Assembly (NCBI GenBank): GCA_028534125.1
Contig: CM052838.1
Coordinates: forward strand, 52,204,001 to 52,268,000
Direction of reading: 5' to 3'
DNA length: 64,000 nucleotides
Source: Lama glama
Taxonomy: Eukaryota
The position numbers and the translations under genes are program-made. The notes under the pieces were generated by a model. That model ran no database searches. It was not told the origin of the DNA and saw only the letters and a list, made by a program, of their open reading frames with translations. Shown one piece after another: positions 1-12,749 of the stretch; positions within the stretch are counted from its first letter, which is position 1, and the number at the start of each line of letters is the position of its first letter.

Positions 1-770
1 TGTTTACAATAGCTAAAAGGTGGAAGCAACCCAAGTGTACATCTTCAGATGAATGGATAAACATGACGTGGTCCAGGCAGCTCTCCATANNNNNNNNNNN
101 NNNNNNNNNNNNNNNNNNNNNNNNNNNNNNNNNNNNNNNNNNNNNNNNNNNNNNNNNNNNNNNNNNNNNNNNNNNNNNNNNNNNNNNNNNNNNNNNNNNN
201 NNNNNNNNNNNNNNNNNNNNNNNNNNNNNNNNNNNNNNNNNNNNNNNNNNNNNNNNNNNNNNNNNAAATACTACATGATTTTTATAAAAGACTTCAGCAT
301 CTTTGGATTTTTGTGTCTCTGGGGGTCCTGGAACCAATCCCCTGCAGATACTGAGGGGTGACTCATNNNNNNNNNNNNNNNNNNNNNNNNNNNNNNNNNN
401 NNNNNNNNNNNNNNNNNNNNNNNNNNNNNNNNNNNNNNNNNNNNNNNNNNNNNNNNNNNNNNNNNNNNNNNNNNNNNNNNNNNNNNNNNNNNNNNNNNNN
501 NNNNNNNNNNNNNNNNAAAGTAGTTCAATTCACAGAGACAGAAAGTAGAATGGTGGCCGCAAGGGTCTTGGGGGAGAGGGGNNNNNNNNNNNNNNNNNNN
601 NNNNNNNNNNNNNNNNNNNNNNNNNNNNNNNNNNNNNNNNNNNNNNNNNNNNNNNNNNNNNNNNNNNNNNNNNNNNNNNNNNNNNNNNNNNNNNNNNNNN
701 NNNNNNNNNNNNNNNNNNNNNNNNNNNNNNNNNNNNNNNNNNNNNNNNNNNNNNATTTTAAACAAAGTTA
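1..770 (+). mobile_element. LINE-1 3' end (L1MB-like), interrupted by MER2 and N runs
   Basis: Typical L1 3' motifs: acaatagctaaaaggtggaagcaacccaagtgt...gatgaatggataaac (1-65) and ttcacagagacagaaagtagaatggtgg (529-556). Confidence 0.8.
74..364 (-). mobile_element. MER2-like Tigger (TcMar) non-autonomous DNA transposon nested in L1
   Basis: 266-364 is the reverse complement of the MER2 5' end (cagtcatccctcggtatccg..ggggattggttccaggacccc); 74-89 matches the other terminus; the middle is N. Confidence 0.75.
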
Positions 771-1052
771 GAGTCATGTATCTAGTAAGAATGCATTTTC
801 ATTTTAGCATAAGTATAAAAAGTTTGTATACGTGTGTTGAGCCAGGGAAAAGGATGGATGACTACATAACCAGACTGTTTACAGTGCTTCTTTCTATGTG
901 GGGATTAGTGGGGCTGGAAGGGCCTTGTTACTTTATGCTCTTTGGTACGGTCTAAATTATTACAATGATCAAATATCATTCTTGCCATTTCAATGAGTAA
1001 TATTCAATTTTAATGATGTGCATTATATTCTTGCATTTTCAAAGTGCCTCCG

Positions 1053-1682
1053 TGGAATATATAATGGTGCAGCCATTTTGGAAAATGGTTTAGCAGTTCC
1101 TCAAATGGTTAAACATAGCATTACCATATGATCCAGCAGTTTCACTCGTTAGATACATATTGAAAACACATGATCATGCAAAAACTTGTACATGAATGTT
1201 CACAGCAGCATTATTCATAATAGCCCCAAAGTGGAAACCATTCAAGTGTCCCTCAACTGATGAATGGATGAACTAGTAGTACATCCACACAATGGAATAT
1301 TATTCAGCAATAAAAAAGAATGAAGCACTGAATTTTTATTTAGCCTTAGCTATGGCATGGATGAAACTTGAAACATTATGCAAAGGGAAAGAAGCCTGAT
1401 ACAAAAGACCACACATTGTAGGATTCCATTTTTACAAAATGTCCAGAATAGATAAATCTATAGAGACAGAATGTAGATTAGGACTGGAGGTGACTGCTAA
1501 AGGGTGTTAGCTTTTCAAAATTCCAGGAATAAAAATGATCTAAAATTGATTCAATGATGAATGCACAAATCTGTCAATATTCTAAAAACCATTGAGTCAT
1601 TCACTTTAAATGGGCGAATTGTATGGTATGTGAAATTATCTCTCAATAAAGCTATTATACAACAAAACAAACAAAAAACAAA
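1053..1682 (+). mobile_element. LINE-1 3' end (L1MB7/8-like) with A-rich tail
   Basis: aatggtgcagccattttggaaaa...ttaccatatgatccagca...aatggaatattattcagcaataaaaaagaatgaa...ctcaataaagct, then an (AAAAC)n tail. Confidence 0.85.
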
Positions 1683-1880
1683 GTCTCTTTGTAAGTTATA
1701 CAATTAGTTATTTACACTAGGCTTGGGCGGCAGATATCACATGAAGAAGCAGACCTGGAGAGCTAACTTAGACCCCTTGAGAAGGGGAGGAATTACCAAA
1801 GTCCAACTGGGCTAACTTTTTAAAAAATAATCCCCACCAATAAAATGTTCCACAAAAGACGAGATCAAAAGGACGTGAAA

Positions 1881-2280
1881 GAAAGCAACCCAGATGTTCC
1901 TCAACTAAGGAACAAAGCAACAAACTGTGATCTGTCCACACAATGGAATACTACTCAGCAATGAAAAGAAACAAACCATGGACATCTGCAACCTTGGATG
2001 AATCCCAAAGGTATTATGCTCAGTGAAAGAAGCCAGGCTCTCAAGACTCCATACCATATGACTTCACTCATGGGATATCTGGAAAAGGCAAAGTCATAGA
2101 GACAGAAAACAGAGCAGGGCTTTGATTTTTAAAGGCAACCAAGGGAACTTTCTGGAATGATGGAAAGAGTCTGTATCTTGATGCTTATAATGACTACACA
2201 GTGGTATGAATTTATCAAAACTTGAAGAACTGTACACTAAAAATAGTAAATTTTATTTGTGTAAATTATAAAATAAACAA
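1881..2280 (+). mobile_element. Old LINE-1 3' end (L1MC/L1ME-like)
   Basis: cacacaatggaatactactcagcaatgaaaagaaacaaac...ggaaaaggcaaagtcatagagacagaaaacaga...gtgtaaattata. Confidence 0.8.
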
Positions 2281-4769
2281 TGGGAGGGGAAGGACATGAA
2301 GAATGTATTTGGATGTTCAGGTGGGTGGACAGGCACTGAGAAGAGGTATCCGGCCAAGGAATAGGGGCCGTCACCATTCAGTGACACTCATGTGACCACA
2401 GGTTACCTGGGCTTCCTTGTCCTTTGGAGATCCAGCCTGCAAATCCCCCTTGAAGTCATGTCTGCACCTTCCCGTGGACCCTTCACCTCCAGCATCTGCA
2501 CTCATGTGGTCTTTTCACCCCATATCTGCCTGCAATGGCCTGTTCACTGGTTTGCCCCAAATCCGCTCACACCAGGCATCCAGGACTTGGCTGACTTAAC
2601 AGAAGATGGGGAGGAACACCATGAGAAGTCCTGGGCCCCTTCCATCCAGCCGGCATCTCTGTCTACCTCCCCTTCCATTTCTGCCCCATCCCCTCCACCT
2701 GGTTTGCCCCTGGGAGCTCCAAATTCTTTCCCCTTTGTCATGCAGAACAGTTGGGCTCTTCCCAGCTCCTCTCCAGAAAAGCTCTCCAGCTTATCCAGGA
2801 GTTCAGCAGAACCAGGGCCTTCTTTTCATTAAGAATCTCTTTGGTAGTAGAAATAGCAACTTTTTTTTTCCTATTACACCTGACAGTTGGGACCTAGACA
2901 TCGGCCAGGATGAGCATGCCCTGTGCATTTTTGAACTCCCGTCTTCCCAAAAGCACGCAGAAGGGACCTAGGCCTGGCTCCGGCCTCCGCTTGCTGCTGG
3001 GCTGCTTGGATGGACATGGAGCCATCTGTCCCTTCACTCAGCAGCCTCAACGACTGTCCCTTCCAAATGCACTGAAGGAAAGGTCCCAACGTGGGCTCTG
3101 AGACACTCTGGTTTTTCTCCCACCTTGAAGAGCCTGCCTTTAAAATTCATTACAGCAATTTGCATTCGGTATTTCCTCTTGTCCATGCTTTTCTTTATGC
3201 TCGCATCACCCCCCACCCCCACTTCCTCCATTTGTCATCTCTGTCAGAAAACAGGCCCCGATTGTTTCAGGCCCAAGACTTCAGCCAGAGCCACTCCAGC
3301 CAGGCCCCATTACGGGGCTAATTAACAGCCGGGCTGCAAGAATTCCAAGGTCCTCCCGGGGCAGGGCTGGCCCGCTCCCCAAAGAGCCTGCTCTCTCTGG
3401 CCCGCTCTCGGGGTGACACCACAGCACCCCAAGCCTGGGCCTTCTCCCCGCTGGGGCCCTTTCCCCTTGTCTCTCGGCGAGCGTGAAACAATTTCCTCCT
3501 TTCACAGGGGCTCCATGGCAGGCAGATTAATGAACGTGAGCCCAGCCCAGAGGCCAGCCTGCCAAAAAACATCCGCAGTGCTTTCAGCAGTCCCCGCGGT
3601 GGGCTGCAGAGGGACAGTTGCGGGCAACAAAAGACGCAGAGCTGCACAGCGGAGTTCCCAGCAGCGGCTGCAGCTCTGATCCGACCCAGGGTTCCTCTGT
3701 GGAAACCATCTCCCACCTCCCGCTCCTCCTTTGCCCCCAGCCAACCACCCTCCCATGCCCCCCTGCAAGCATCCCACCCCCAGCAGCCAGCTCGGAGGCT
3801 CCCTGATGCTTTGAAAAGTAAAGAACCAGCAACAGCCAGTGGCCCATGCCATAAACACCCGGGGCTAGCAGGGGGCCCCCATTAAGGCTCAGGCATGGGG
3901 CGGTGACGGCCGGGAGCTCTTGTTAGCAGCACGCTGCCGCCAGGCCTCTGTTGTCCCCATGCTCAGTGATAAAGCCACAGGGCCAGGGCAGGACTAGTGG
4001 GGTGTCTGCAGGAGGCTCTTTCTTTTCTTCCCTTCAGAGTTCTTAACAAACCGGTGTGTAGGACTCACTCTTCAAAAGGGGAAACAGATGGTGCTAGTTT
4101 GGGCCTCAGGGATACTTGCTCTGGAAACACCCAGCAACGACAGGGTGAAAAAATTCTCAGCAGCTGGTGTCCTGCGATGCCCAGCCAGGTGTCCGGGAGC
4201 CAGTTATTCCCTTAAGGGGAGCTGCCAGCTCTGGGCGTTCCCTGAGGGCTTTACAGTCATGAGTGTGGTACCAGCAGCAGACCTTGCTCCAGTGAGCCAC
4301 CCGCTCCCTATTTATGGGATGACCTCCTCTCCACTAAGGTTGGTTCCTATGCCGAGTTCTCATGCATCCACTTTTCACTGGCAGAATTCCCAGCTTGTTG
4401 GGTTGGGTGTTCTGTATAGGCACCTGTGTCTGAGTTGTCCAGCTTCGATGGTCAGCTCCAGGGCAACAGACAGCTAAGTCCCACCCCGGCATGGAACCAT
4501 GGCGAGGTATTTACAAAAGGAAGTGGGATAGATTTACTTCCAGAAGCATTTTGATCATGCAATCATATATGAACATTTATACCCACATGCACATACACAC
4601 GCACCCCAACATACACACATACCTCCCAGATATTTCCATTATATCTTTGCTGTATTGATGGTTCTTAGCTAACATGTATTTTGACCTTTTAGAACCGTGT
4701 AACTATTTCAAGTAGGAAAACAGCCAGGCTCCCTCCCAATCAGATTCTCTTATGCAATGCTTTTAATTT

Positions 4770-5130
4770 TAAATTCTTCTTCTTAGTATTACCATACCTA
4801 TTCTATTTTTATTAACAGTTGCTTAGCTTATCTTTTATCATTTCTTTCACTTTTAACCTCTCAGTGTCATTTTGTTTCCAGGTTGGATTGTGGATAGCAT
4901 CAAATTAGATTTTAAAAATCTGAAAGTCTTGGACTTCCCATAAAATAATTTTGTCCACTCACATTTATTGTGATCATGGATATGTTTAGATTTTTTTCTG
5001 ACTTTTTTTTCATACTTTCTACTGGCTGTAAATTCTTGATGTTTGTCATTTTCTTTTTTATGTTTTAAAATATCATTTTTGAGTTTTGGATCAACTTATT
5101 TTTTCTCTCTATAGTCTGGAAATTATGTAT
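4770..5130 (-). mobile_element. Highly decayed L1 fragment
   Basis: T-rich tract with tctttcacttttaacct and ccactcacatttattgtgatcatggatatgtttagattt, typical of antisense old L1M sequence. Confidence 0.5.
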
Positions 5131-5149
5131 ATTATTTCTTATCTTCTGG

Positions 5150-5310
5150 GAGTAGGAATGACAGTAGACTGGGAGGTAGGAGACAGGGCTCTAGTCTTAG
5201 CCTGGTCAAGAGCTTATTATGTGACTTGGAAAAGTTACTTCTTTTTGGGCTTCAGATGCCTCTACCGTAATGAGATCGTTGGATGAAAAGATTTTAAAGG
5301 CCTTATCCCT
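5150..5310 (+). mobile_element. MIR/MIR3 SINE fragment
   Basis: Core tatgtgacttggaaaagttacttctttttgggcttcagatgcctc. Confidence 0.6.
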
Positions 5311-5589
5311 CCAATGTCAACATGGTGTGATTCGGTGGTTAATTGAGATCTACAGGAAGCTCTGGCCTGTCTGGGGAACGTGTACCTTCAGAACAGGAGG
5401 GAGCATCTACACCACCAAGCTCAGTGAGGCATCTGGCAATTGGGTGAACTCAAACTTGAACCTTGCTGGCATAGCTCATCTTTTCAGGCAATAGTCAGGC
5501 TCAGCTCTTCCCTCTTCTTGGATGATCATGAGTGGAATGTTTCTAACTCAGCAGTGCCTATGTAAAAATTCTCACTCTTCAGCATATTT

Positions 5590-5970
5590 AATTGTGTGAT
5601 AGAAATATTTATTGCTCACCAACTATGATGCGCTCCCAAGTACTTCCTTGCAGTTAGGTGGGTCATGTGACTAAGCCTCACCAATGGAGTAGGAGACAGT
5701 GATTTCACACTGTGAAAAATGTTTTACTTTTGGGCCAAAGTATTTAAGAGCTAATACCTGATCTCTTAGCATTCTCTTCTCCTGCCGCAGTGACCAAAGA
5801 GATGTATAGATGGTGCAGCCCCTCAGCCTGGGTTCCTGAGTGACCGTGTGGACCACAGATCTTCACTGACCTCCTTTGGACATGGAACATTAGCAAGAAA
5901 GAAATTTACGGTAAGCCACTGGGATTTTCTTTTTAAACCATAAGTAACTTAGCCCACTGTAACTAATACA
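5590..5970 (+). mobile_element. MaLR solo LTR (MLT1J-like)
   Basis: ccttgcagttaggtgggtcatgtgactaag...cagcctgggttcctgagtgacc...taagccactggga...taactaataca terminus. Confidence 0.75.
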
Positions 5971-6189
5971 GATATGCTGAGGCCATTATTAAGCATGTGC
6001 ACTTTCTGTCTTCTCAACTTGGTTATGAAGGGTTTGAGGACAGAAGATGGTTAAACTATGTAACTCATTCCTCTTACCCTGGCACTGGCAGTTTAAGTTG
6101 CCAGAACTCAGTCACAAATCTGTAAAGAAGTCTCTCACCTCAGAAATGTTCAGAGCATTAACCCTGAGGCACTTCTCCTCTGGTCTCTC

Positions 6190-6742
6190 CTGTTTACAGC
6201 ATTTTCACTCGCCTTCTTTTGCATATGGGGTCAAGTTCACAGCCCTTGACGAGGTCACCAGGTCCTGCCTGGCCTGGCTCCACCTCCCACTTCAGATCAT
6301 TTATCACTTCTGTCCCTCATACTCGCTGTGTTCCACCACCTTTGTCCCCTCTTGGTTTCTCACACATGTCAGGCTCATTCCTGCCTCAGGACATTTGCAA
6401 AAGCTGTTCCCTGTGCCTACAATGCTGGAGCCACCACTTCTCACCTGGGTAACTCCTAACCATCTTTCAGGTTTTAGCTTTCTTAGAGGATTTTTATAAT
6501 GACCTCCACCAGGCTAGGTTATATGCTCTACAACATTCTATACTCCATGCCACCCTCATGGCATATCTCGATTGTCATGAAATCATGATTTGTGCAATCA
6601 TTTGTGTAACATCTGTCCACTCCTTGGACTCTAAACTCTCAAGGTGCAGAGATGATATTCCTCCAGTGCCTTGGACAATTTTTGGCACACAGAGGGCACA
6701 GAGGCATGAAGGATGAGTAATGATGATGAGTGAATGAATGGT
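6190..6742 (+). mobile_element. L2 LINE 3' end
   Basis: ctcattcctgcctcaggacatttgca..gctgttccctgtgcctacaatgct; ends in tgaatgaatg. Confidence 0.75.
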
Positions 6743-6769
6743 TAGCCCTCAGGATCTGGAGCAATTATC

Positions 6770-7220
6770 CCTGGACTCTGTTGTACATCAGAATCACCCA
6801 GTGGGCATTTAAAAATACATTTATTTTTGAATTGTGGTAAAATTATATATCACCTAAAACTTGCCATATTAACTGTATTTAAGTGTACAGTTCAGTGGCA
6901 TTAAGTACTTCCACATTGTTGCACAAACATCACCATCATCCATCCACAGAACATTTTCCGTCTTGCAGAACTGAAACTCTATACCCCTTAAAACAGTTAA
7001 GTCCCCATTTCCCTCTCCTCCACCTCCTGGCAACCACCATTTTACTTTCTGTCTCTATGAATTTACCTGCCCTTAGACGGCTTTTTAAAACAAAAGTTTC
7101 TGGGCCTAACTCCCCAAAGTTGATCTGGGCCATGGCCTGATAATCTGCATTTTCACCAAGTTCTCAGGTGATGCTCACTCTGCAGGTCTATAGATCTCAC
7201 TTTGGGAACACAGCTCTGGA
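6770..7220. mobile_element. MER5-family hAT-Charlie MITE split by an L1 insertion
   Basis: 5' part acatcagaatcacccagtgggcatttaaaaatac; 3' part aatctgcattttcaccaagttctcaggtgatgct...cactttgggaacac. Confidence 0.7.
6820..7075 (-). mobile_element. LINE-1 3' UTR (L1MB-like), antisense, nested in MER5
   Basis: tttaagtgtacagttcagtggcattaagtac..cacattgttgcaca..ctgaaactctatacc..cctggcaaccaccattttactttctgtctctatgaattt. Confidence 0.85.
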
Positions 7221-7374
7221 GGACCTCTGAGTTGATACCTCCTCCTCAGTTTTGTCACATCTCCTGCAGCCCCTGCACACATTAGGAGTTCAGAAAATGC
7301 TGGTGACATGTGGGTTGATTACACTCAACTGCCCATGAAAGGAGTGCATCCCTTTGCTTAAGGTAGAAGATCTC

Positions 7375-7545
7375 ATCCCTGTTCATTATATTCATCGGGG
7401 GAGATTTTTTTTCAAAATCACAAATGCCTAAGCTCCACTGTAGACAAATAGATGAGAATTTCAGAGAGTGGGGCCCAGGCATCAGTACTGGTTGATACTT
7501 TCCAGGTGATTCTATCATCAAGCCAGAGTTGAGAATCACTAGGTT
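7375..7545. mobile_element. MER5A/B MITE
   Basis: gtggggcccaggcatcagta...ccaggtgattct..agccagagttgagaatcact. Confidence 0.7.
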
Positions 7546-8369
7546 AAGGAAAGGAGTGGAGGGAAGGAGATCAGAAGAGGCATTTGGAATTCAGAAAGAC
7601 AGATGCCTCCGAGGACAGCACCCCTTGATTTGTGTAGAAACCCCTTTGTGATCTCAGCATGGAAATGATTCTTTGCCCAGCCCCCTAGAGGAGGAAAGAC
7701 GCACAGTCTGCATTTAAAACCCAGTTCTCTGGGGACCAGTAATGCTGTTCTCATAGATCTGGAATAAGGGGAAGAGATTTCGATGCAGGAGTTGACCTCT
7801 TCCTAACCAGCTTCCCCTCGAGCTATTATTTCTGGACATCACCTCATATTTTCATGAAAGTACAAAATTATCTTCAGGTGTATACTGCAACTTTCTAACT
7901 CTGCACAAATTCACAGCCATCACCTTGGAATTTTCTCGGCAATTTTGGAATAAGTGGGTTTTTATTTATCTATTGATTTAAAGCAGGGAAACCCTTGGTT
8001 AACACACAGCCCACCTGGCTAGACCTGGGTAAGGCTCCATTCTGCAAAGGACTCTGCTCGCCAAGTTTTCCTACTCTGGATACACAACCCTGGAAGATTA
8101 GTGTGGTCCACAGACTGATGTCAGCTATGAACTAGTACCATTCTGCAATGAGCTGGATGTAGAATTTGAGACTAACTATTTGGAAATGTCTCTGGCAACC
8201 CGACCATATGCAGTGTTCCAGTGTGTGATCAGCAGACTTTTCTTGGTGAACAGGGTAGCGACCAGTTCAGGTAGTGTTGACCTGGTGGCGTATTGCCCGT
8301 GGTTGAGCTGTGGACAAGTGCTGCATGGTAGGGCCACAAGTCAGTCTGCGATTAACTTCACCAATCTTT

Positions 8370-8620
8370 CCCATTTGTATATCTTAACAGGAGTGCATGG
8401 TCTTTTGTTGTGAATGTCTCTGGCATTTCTTTGGTGACTACTGAAGTTGAGTTGCTTGGCTTGTGTTTATTGGCCTTTGGTTCATCCTTTTTGTGGTGCA
8501 TCTTTTTTTTTTTTTAAAGTGGCTGTTCAAATGTTTTGCCCATTTTTCCACTGGGTTTTCAGTCTTTTGCTTAATGAAGAGTAGGAGTTACTTTAATATT
8601 CTCTTTCTTTGGATATATGT
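8370..8620 (-). mobile_element. L1 ORF2-end fragment, antisense
   Basis: gcatttctttggtgactactgaagttgag...tgtttattggcc...ctgttcaaatgttttgcccattttt. Confidence 0.7.
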
Positions 8621-8772
8621 TGATGTAAGAAAATGTTTAAATGTCCTTCATCCCAATGGCTTGAGAAGCAACACCATGAGGACTGACCCTGTGGTCCTAT
8701 CCATGACAATACATTGCAGAGTTCTTTCTAAAGGTCAGAAAGAGAGAAGTTAAGAATTTTTACTTGATATCC

Positions 8773-9255
8773 TCAGCCAGGACTATTAAAGTTGCAAGAA
8801 TAAGATGCCCAAATCAAGCTCAAGTTCAAGCAAGACAAGAAATGTATCAGCTGGCTCGACCCAGGTGTTCAAGGGCATATTTTCCTCTCCACCTCTTGTT
8901 CTGTGTTCTCCACCTCTTGTTCTGTGTTCTCCATGTTGGCTTTATTTTCTGGCAAAATCTCTCTCTATGTTGGAGAGAATGGCTCTCCCAAATCCCAGAC
9001 TTAACGATTCTTGTCTCAGCTTGAGAGATACCCTATGTCTCCCAGTGTTTATGTAAATTCCCCCAAAGGACTCTGATGGGTCATGATTGGGTTATAAGCC
9101 TATCAAGGGACCAGGCTGAATTTTAGGCTACGCCAGAGCAGGGGACATAGAACCCTGAACCTCATATCCCTACCAGAAAAATGCACGGATTTAAGGAAGG
9201 TCAGCAGTGAAAGGGAAGGGACGCAGAGTGAACCCACAAACAATAGGTGTCCATT
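8773..9255 (-). mobile_element. MaLR LTR (MLT1K/L-like) with internal 21-bp tandem duplication
   Basis: gttgcaagaataaga..cccaaatcaa; aaggactctgatgggtcatgattggg; ctccacctcttgttctgtgtt occurs twice at about 8887-8931. Confidence 0.6.
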
Positions 9256-9469
9256 ACTTCAACTAGGAAGGCAAAGGGTGGACAGCTTTAGGCTTAGTGG
9301 TGTGTGTGTATGTGGTGGCAGAGGAAAAGGGAGGTGTAAAGTGATCGATGCTGTGCTAGAGAAAGACGTATCTGGCATTACTGAGTGATAGGGAGCAGCA
9401 AGTGACTAGTGGCAAGGAGAAGTATTACATGAATATCCTTTTAGATAAATGATTCTCTCTTCATGGTTA

Positions 9470-9590
9470 TCTAATTCATTTATTCATCCACTTATTCATG
9501 CAACAAATATCTGTTGAGCACGAATCCTTTTGCCAAACTTTCCTGCATGAGACAGATGTAGTTCCTGACTTCATAGAGCTAATAGTTTAG
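9470..9590 (-). mobile_element. L2 3' end
   Basis: attcatttattcatccacttattcatgcaacaaatatctgttgagcac. Confidence 0.7.
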
Positions 9591-10332
9591 TTATTAAATT
9601 CCTCAAAAGTGTTATTTTCTAAAAAAGATAATGTAGCCTTATCCCTATGACAGGATACTGAGCAAAACCAGTGAGCTGGGCCATGCTAAGAATTCAGAGA
9701 TCAGTAGCTTTTATCATGAATAATATCTTCCAACAGAGACCAAGGATGAGATAATCCCTGCTAATAGGTATGGAATTTATCTCTGAGCTTCCTGGCAGCT
9801 AAGGCAAAAAGGAAAATCTGTTTAATGACCTCACTCTCATTGATGCCAATTCATTGTGGAAGGACAAGCTTTTTCTTGGGTCCAAGTACTTGGAGGAATT
9901 TTTTAAAATGGGTTCATATAAAAAATATATTGAGTAACATCATAAAATCATATCTTCTATCCTGACAAAATGCCCACAGGGCTCACATAAGTATTTCAGA
10001 CAGCGGCATTTTGTGCCTGCCCTGCCCCAGTTTCTCCCCATATCATCTTCAAACAACATGGAATCAGAATGACATCACATTCCTGGGCAGGAAATGCTAA
10101 ACGCATTCCTTCAAATAGAGGTTTGGTTTTTCCTTCTATTGTTTCTAGATCCTATTCTGGTTACCTATGGCTCCACTTGCTTATCTGCATGACCCCGAAT
10201 TCTGTATTTACTCCCCTCATCTTCCTTCCCCACCAAATTTCAGTTACTTAAGGCAGGTCCTAGGCCTTTAAAAATTCTGTGTTTCTAGTAGCTATCACTG
10301 TATCTGACTAAGAGGGTGAGTGTGGTGGAAAT

Positions 10333-10430
10333 GAGAGGAAGAAAGGAAGGAAGGAAAGAAAGAATAAGCAAGAGGGGAAAAGGAAGGGAGAGGAGGAAGG
10401 TGTCTCTCCAAGGAGGGGAAGGAAGGGAAA
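10333..10430. repeat. Polypurine low-complexity tract (GGAA/GAAA-rich)
   Basis: gagaggaagaaaggaaggaaggaaagaaagaataagcaagaggggaaaaggaagggagaggaggaagg seen directly. Confidence 0.85.
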
Positions 10431-11459
10431 CCTATCAGAATGGTCCCAAGTCTGGGCTGAAAGAGGCCAGTTTGGTCTAATCAAGGGATCCTGTGGGAAG
10501 GCTATTCAGGGATGAGCCAATGGGAAGAGTAAATCAAAGATTGCTTCATTTTCAGAAGACTTTAAGAACTTAGCATGTTCTAAAAAAAAAAAAACCTCAA
10601 TGCTCAATGGAGATTTCCATGAATCAATTATGATGAAGAGATGAGAAAGTCCTCTCTTTACCCACAACATTTTTCTATTGCTCCCTAAGAGTCGTGGTGG
10701 TCCCAGGGGGTTGCTGCTCAGGAACAGGGAGGGCCAGACCCATGGGCGTGGCTGTCTCGGTCTTGTCGCTGGGCTTGGACCGTGTGCTTTAGGGTAGGGG
10801 CGGTGAGCACCATGGCTTCACAGCCAACCAGAGCCTCTGTTAAGTCCTAGGCATGCTTTCATTTTGATGGTCTCACCTTCCATCCTGTCAAAGAACCCGC
10901 GTTACAGCAAAATATACTTTTTGCTGTAAAAAACTTCAAAGGATTTTTATGAGTTTGCTTTTGAAACGATGTGGCTCCAAGTAACTCATTTATGTTGTAA
11001 TCAGTCATGGTTTCTCAGGTTTCACAGCTAATTGTGCACGGCAAAGCAAGAAAACCTAACCTCAAATTGCATTCAAATGCCGTAAAACTTTAACGCATAC
11101 TAGTAATGACATTCGTATATATTAATTAAGTATTTGCTTGCTTTTGGTTTGCACTTTGCATTTAGTATTTTGGAACTGAAGCTCTTTCAGATCTCATGCA
11201 TCTTTGGGAGCCCTTGCAAAGAGTATGGGCTCCCGGCACAGTGCCTAGAGGGTTCCACAACCTCGCATACGAAGGGCTGGACAAACCTCTCTTCAGATGT
11301 CAGAGATCTGTTGTGGGCAGAAGGGCACAGTCATTCCACTTTGAATTCAGGTCTCACTAATGCCTTCCTATCAGTTCAGGGCCTCTTTAAGCAGATGTGG
11401 TAAGTTTTTTAGCCACTGTCTTGTTATAAAAGATTTCTGGTGTGGGGACACCAGGCTTA

Positions 11460-11625
11460 ACATTGTAGCCCAGAGTTCACATCCCGGCTGTGCTCCATGT
11501 AACTGTAGCATCAAAGAGTCATTCTAACTCTCAAGGACTTAGTTTCCTCATCTGTGGAATGGAGCCAAAGCTATCAGTCCAGCACCATTCCTGGGGTCGA
11601 GTTTCAAATGAGATAATCTACAAAA
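11460..11625 (+). mobile_element. MIR SINE
   Basis: gagttcacatcccggctgtgc...ttagtttcctcatctgtggaatgg...tcaaatgagataat. Confidence 0.7.
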
Positions 11626-11666
11626 ACATTTTCTCTTGAAAAATGCCAGATACGAAAAGCTTTGGA

Positions 11667-11845
11667 CAGTCGTTCTCAGCCCTGCCTGCACTTTAGAATC
11701 ACCCAGGGGCTTTTAACAAGTACTGGAGCCCGGGCCCCACTGCAGACCAGTTAAACCAGAATCGCAGGGCAATGAGAGCAACGGTAGTTTTATAAAGGCA
11801 GCCGTTTCTGGTGCTTCTGGCGTGCAGCTGACGTTGAGGACAGAG
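11667..11845. mobile_element. MER5A/B MITE
   Basis: cagtcgttctcagccctgcctgcactttagaatcacccaggggcttttaa...cagaccagttaaaccagaatc. Confidence 0.75.
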
Positions 11846-11989
11846 GTGCCCAGAGAGGACAGCTGTGTCCACAGCTGTGCCCATGGCTGGGAGTGGCAAG
11901 CAGGTCAGTGGCAGCTTCCAGGTTCCAGCAGCGGCAGCAGCCGTGTCCTCACCAGACGCATCCAGCTGCATGACTTTGGCTTGCTCTGG

Positions 11990-12180
11990 CTGCCCAGCCT
12001 CTTGGCAGTTGGTTCTTTGAACTTGGCAAAGACTCTTAGGGCTCAAGATACACGTGCTTTCCTGGCACACAGCAAGGCTTTGCTTCCCAGACTGGCAGTT
12101 ATATGGGGCCACGTGGGTGAGTTTGAGCCAATGGATGTGAGCAGAAGAGACAAGCAAAGCTTTCTCTGGGCCTTACCTGA
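11990..12180 (+). mobile_element. Older MLT1 (H/I/J-like) LTR fragment
   Basis: gcagttatatggggccacgtgggtgagtttgagccaatggatgtgagcagaag. Confidence 0.6.
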
Positions 12181-12640
12181 TGCATTGGCTTCCCAGGGTT
12201 GCTGTAACAAATGACCAGAAATGGGTGGCAGAAGCAATAGAAATGTATTTTCTCACAGTTCTCGAGGCCCGAAGTCTGAAATCAAGGTGTCGGCAGCATT
12301 GGTCCCTTCTCGAGGCTCTGGGGGAGAACCTGTTCCATGCCTCTTCTCTGGCTTCTGGTGGCTCCAGTAATCCTTGGCCTTTTTGGCTTGTACAAGCATC
12401 ATTCCTACCTCTACCTCCTTCTTTATGTGGCTTTTCCACTGTGTCCCTGGGTCTTAACGCCTCCTCTCTTCTCTTGTAAGGACACTAATCATCAGATGTA
12501 GTGCCCACCCTAAATCCAGGATGATTTCATCCAAAGACCCTTAACCTAATCACATCTGCGAGGCGTTTGCAATAAGGTCACACTCACAAGTGCCAGGGCT
12601 AAGGACTTGGAAATATCTTTGGTACCTGCTTAACCTAATT
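12181..12640 (-). mobile_element. MaLR solo LTR (MLT1C-like)
   Basis: gggttgctgtaacaaatgacc..tctcacagttct..gaagtctgaaatcaaggtgtcggcag..aataaggtcacactcaca..aggacttgga. Confidence 0.85.
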
Positions 12641-12749
12641 TGACCACCCACCGGCATATGTACGTGTTATTTCACTTGGCTCTCAAAACCACCGGCGGGA
12701 TGGTAGTGGCTGTCACCATTTTTCCACCCAAGAAAATCAAGAATGAAAT

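Noticed and set aside
11822-12214. ORF containing RIQLHDFGL, resembling a kinase DFG motif
   Set aside because: Overlaps MER5- and MLT1-derived sequence; no HRD, VAIK or APE motifs.
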